Source: Sporopachydermia quercuum
Lineage: Eukaryota
Assembly (NCBI GenBank): GCA_001599295.1
Contig: BCGN01000002.1
Coordinates: 434,001 to 498,000 of the forward strand
DNA length: 64,000 nt
Reading direction: 5' to 3'
Below the pieces are notes generated by a model, which was not told where the DNA came from, ran no database searches, and saw only the letters and a program-made list of their open reading frames with translations. Shown piece by piece: positions 61,491 to 64,000 of this stretch (positions are counted from its first letter, which is position 1; each line of letters begins with the position of its first letter). A program made the position numbers and the translations under genes.

Positions 61491-62825
61491 CTAATTGATG
61501 TTAAGCAACTTAACATCGAAAGTCAATTCACTGTTGGCTGGAATACCAGGAAGTGCCTTCTTTCCATAAGCCATTGGGGCAGGAATGATGATTCGTCTTT
61601 CACCACCAACAGCCATACCTAAAAGACCAACATCCCATCCCTTGATAACTTCACCTTTACCAACAGTGAAAGTAAATGGCTTTCCCTTAGTGTTTTTATC
61701 AAATACATTTCCGTTCTTGAGCTTTCCAACATATCTCAATGAAGCTTTGTTACCTTTCTTCAATTGAGCACCCTTTCCGACAGTTCTGTCTTCGATCTTA
61801 ACTCCACCTTGAATAACCTTAGTGGTAGGAGTAGGCTTAGCAGTAGAGCCAGAAGGGCCTTCTTCAAGCTTAGGAGGGAACTTCACTTCCTTCTTTTCCT
61901 TCTTAGCTTTCTTGGACGATTCCACAGGTTGCTCTTCAGCAGGTCTCTTCTTATCTTCCTTCTTTGACTTCTTAGCAGGCTTCTTTTCAATCTTAACTTC
62001 TTTTTCTTCTTCTTCTTCCTCCTCCTCCTCCTCCTCTTCTTCTTCTTCATCGTCTTCTTCGATTTCTTGAATTTTAGGCTCAACACCAGGAGGAAGGACT
62101 TCGTCTTCATCAGGTGTCAAATCATACTCGTCACTATCGAATTCACCTTCATCAGAGCCATAATCATAATCATCTTCATCGGAGTCATATGGTAAATCAA
62201 CGTAGTTACCAGTAAGGTGGACAGAATGGTCACCAGAAACCATGAAGTAAACTCTTTCATTAGGTGTTATAACAAGATCTAATGGTTGTTGGAAAACAGA
62301 CTTGGTAGACAAAGTGCAAACAGTGTAAGGTGCGTTGTTGAATTCTTCATCGAAATCGAAACCTTCATCATCTTCATCATCATCTTCTTCTTCTTCGTCT
62401 TCATCGGAGTCTTCATCTTCATCATCATCAGAGCCAGCGTCTTCGAATTCATCGGAAACGGTGACTTCTTTGGCTGATCCGTTAGCCTTTTTGCCTTTCT
62501 TACTCTTAGGAGTCTCTTCTTCCTCCTCTTCTTCTTCTTCTTCTTCTTCTTCTTCTTCTTCTTCTTCTTCTTCGATATCCATAATATCAGCTTCGTCATT
62601 ATCATCTTCGCTATCGAAATCATCATCATCGGTATCTACATCGTCAGAAACACGAATTATGCTCAAAGTAGTGGGTTTTTCTTCTTTTTCGTTGAAAGAT
62701 TCAAAATCCAATGCAGCCATAGTGATTCTGACAGCACAAGGAACTCGCAAAGCTGGGACAAGCTCTTGAGGACTCACATCTAAGATGTAAGTACCAATTG
62801 GCACAGCAGTAAATGACTCGGACAT
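61491..62825 (-). CDS. FPR3: Nucleolar FKBP Fpr3/Fpr4 (nucleoplasmin-like domain, acidic tracts, FKBP domain)
   Basis: [14 protein letters not shown]...[14 protein letters not shown] and C-terminal FKBP ([21 protein letters not shown]...VIKGWDVG). The first ATG is at 62825. Confidence 0.94.
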   Translation of the reverse strand: MSESFTAVPIGTYILDVSPQELVPALRVPCAVRITMAALDFESFNEKEEKPTTLSIIRVSDDVDTDDDDFDSEDDNDEADIMDIEEEEEEEEEEEEEEEEEEEETPKSKKGKKANGSAKEVTVSDEFEDAGSDDDEDEDSDEDEEEEDDDEDDEGFDFDEEFNNAPYTVCTLSTKSVFQQPLDLVITPNERVYFMVSGDHSVHLTGNYVDLPYDSDEDDYDYGSDEGEFDSDEYDLTPDEDEVLPPGVEPKIQEIEEDDEEEEEEEEEEEEEEEKEVKIEKKPAKKSKKEDKKRPAEEQPVESSKKAKKEKKEVKFPPKLEEGPSGSTAKPTPTTKVIQGGVKIEDRTVGKGAQLKKGNKASLRYVGKLKNGNVFDKNTKGKPFTFTVGKGEVIKGWDVGLLGMAVGGERRIIIPAPMAYGKKALPGIPANSELTFDVKLLNIN

Positions 62826-63063
62826 GATGCTATGTGTGGATAGAGATATTATTGAATTACAGTAAATGACANACAACCAAATCAATATAAACGGTTATTA
62901 TTATGTTTATAGAACAATTGATATATTATTGCTTGAACTAATATTGTTATAATTACTGTAGCAGATTTTATAACATAGCAGTCAAACAGTAAGATAGCAA
63001 GCAAGAAGAATAAATACTGAAGTGCAAACAAAACTCACAGTAAACATCTTTTTTTTTATATTG

Positions 63064-63074
63064 TGAAAATTTTT
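63064..63074. promoter_or_regulatory. RRPE-like element upstream of FPR3
   Basis: TGAAAATTTTT about 240 nt upstream of a nucleolar gene. A similar TGAAATTTTT lies at 17131, upstream of HMT1. Confidence 0.5.
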
Positions 63075-63755
63075 TATTACTATGGGAGCTATAGAACAAG
63101 ATATTTCGGAAATGATGTCATTGAATAGGATAGGAGATGTGAAGTTGTCAAGGAGATCATGAGTAGAATATTTCTACAGAAATGTGCGCATAAATAGTGA
63201 AAGAAAGCAAAACGTGCTGGGAAATTAGCTGAGGTACTAGTTTAGACAGAACTACAAAGATTATCTAAGAATGTTGACAGCTGGAATTTCGTTTTGACTG
63301 ACATTACCAGTTATCGAGAGCAAATGCTTTACTATTAGATTTTCAGAGTATTTGTCGTATTATTTCCGATATCCATTCGAGGGAATGTGAATCAAATCAT
63401 AATTTGCACGTGCTAGTCAAGCTTGCATCTGAAGCAATTGAAAAACAAGNACCAGTAAATAGCAGCAATTCCAATTGAAATTTACAGAACTACTAATAGG
63501 TATCATTAGAAATAGTTTCAATACATGAAAATAAATAGTATCTCAAAAAAGCCAATGAAAAAATTGAGAGTAGGAACTATATGACAGAGAATTATTAAAT
63601 GATGACACAATCATGTAAGCCAGAAAAACACATAGTCACGTGTTACCACATGCTCATCTTAACTATTCAGCCCTTGTACTATCATAATTATACAAAACAA
63701 TCCAATAAAGCATCTATAAACATACAAAATGGAACCCAAAAGAAATATCAATAAT

Positions 63756-64000
63756 TTATAGCTGCTTGTAGTTGAAATTAGCAATCAAAGAGCCTCCTGT
63801 TCCAGGTATATCAATAGAAACATCCTCATTCACCCTATCCAGTACCACTGACAAAGGTAATGAAGTTTTACCTATTTCATGATGACGACCGAATGATTTA
63901 CTCTCAAATAATCTGAACAACAAGTTGCAATCAGGTGACGCTCTAAAAGGGAATGATTCATTCCAACGAATATTAACTGAACTATTTTCTGAATCGGTAC
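63756..64000 (-). CDS. 3' end of a C2-domain protein, probably a tricalbin (partial; not in the ORF track)
   Basis: Open frame from the window edge: TDSENSSVNIRWNESFPFRASPDCNLLFRLFESKSFGRHHEIGKTSLPL...GSLIANFNYKQL*. It has the C2-type WNE-F motif, and TCB3 lies near FPR3 in S. cerevisiae. Confidence 0.72.
   Translation of the reverse strand, partial: TDSENSSVNIRWNESFPFRASPDCNLLFRLFESKSFGRHHEIGKTSLPLSVVLDRVNEDVSIDIPGTGGSLIANFNYKQL

Overview
This is eukaryotic DNA from an AT-rich, unusually intron-rich budding yeast (Saccharomycotina). CTG is read as Leu at conserved positions, and scattered single Ns probably mark heterozygous sites. I find 20 protein-coding genes: CDC5, RPB11, SIN3, PFA4, RPL4, HMT1, ERT1, RQT4, a Red5/ZC3H3-like CCCH protein, PAM16, SET3, IME2, a pogo/CENP-B-like protein, CPR3, ENT3, GSF2, RSE1, AIM32, FPR3 and the 3' end of a tricalbin. 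Ten of them are split by 18 introns that I reconstructed by hand. There is also a tRNA-Val(AAC) and a probable snR37 H/ACA snoRNA. The most notable items are (1) an intact but catalytically eroded Fot1/pogo transposase-derived gene divergent from IME2, which looks domesticated; (2) a canonical spliceosomal intron in the non-coding snR37-like transcript; (3) a five-exon Red5/ZC3H3-like gene; and (4) unusual splicing features: GC, GTTCAG and GTATTA donors, microexons, skipped proximal AGs and fold-back long introns. Gene names come from recalled motifs and synteny, not from database searches.
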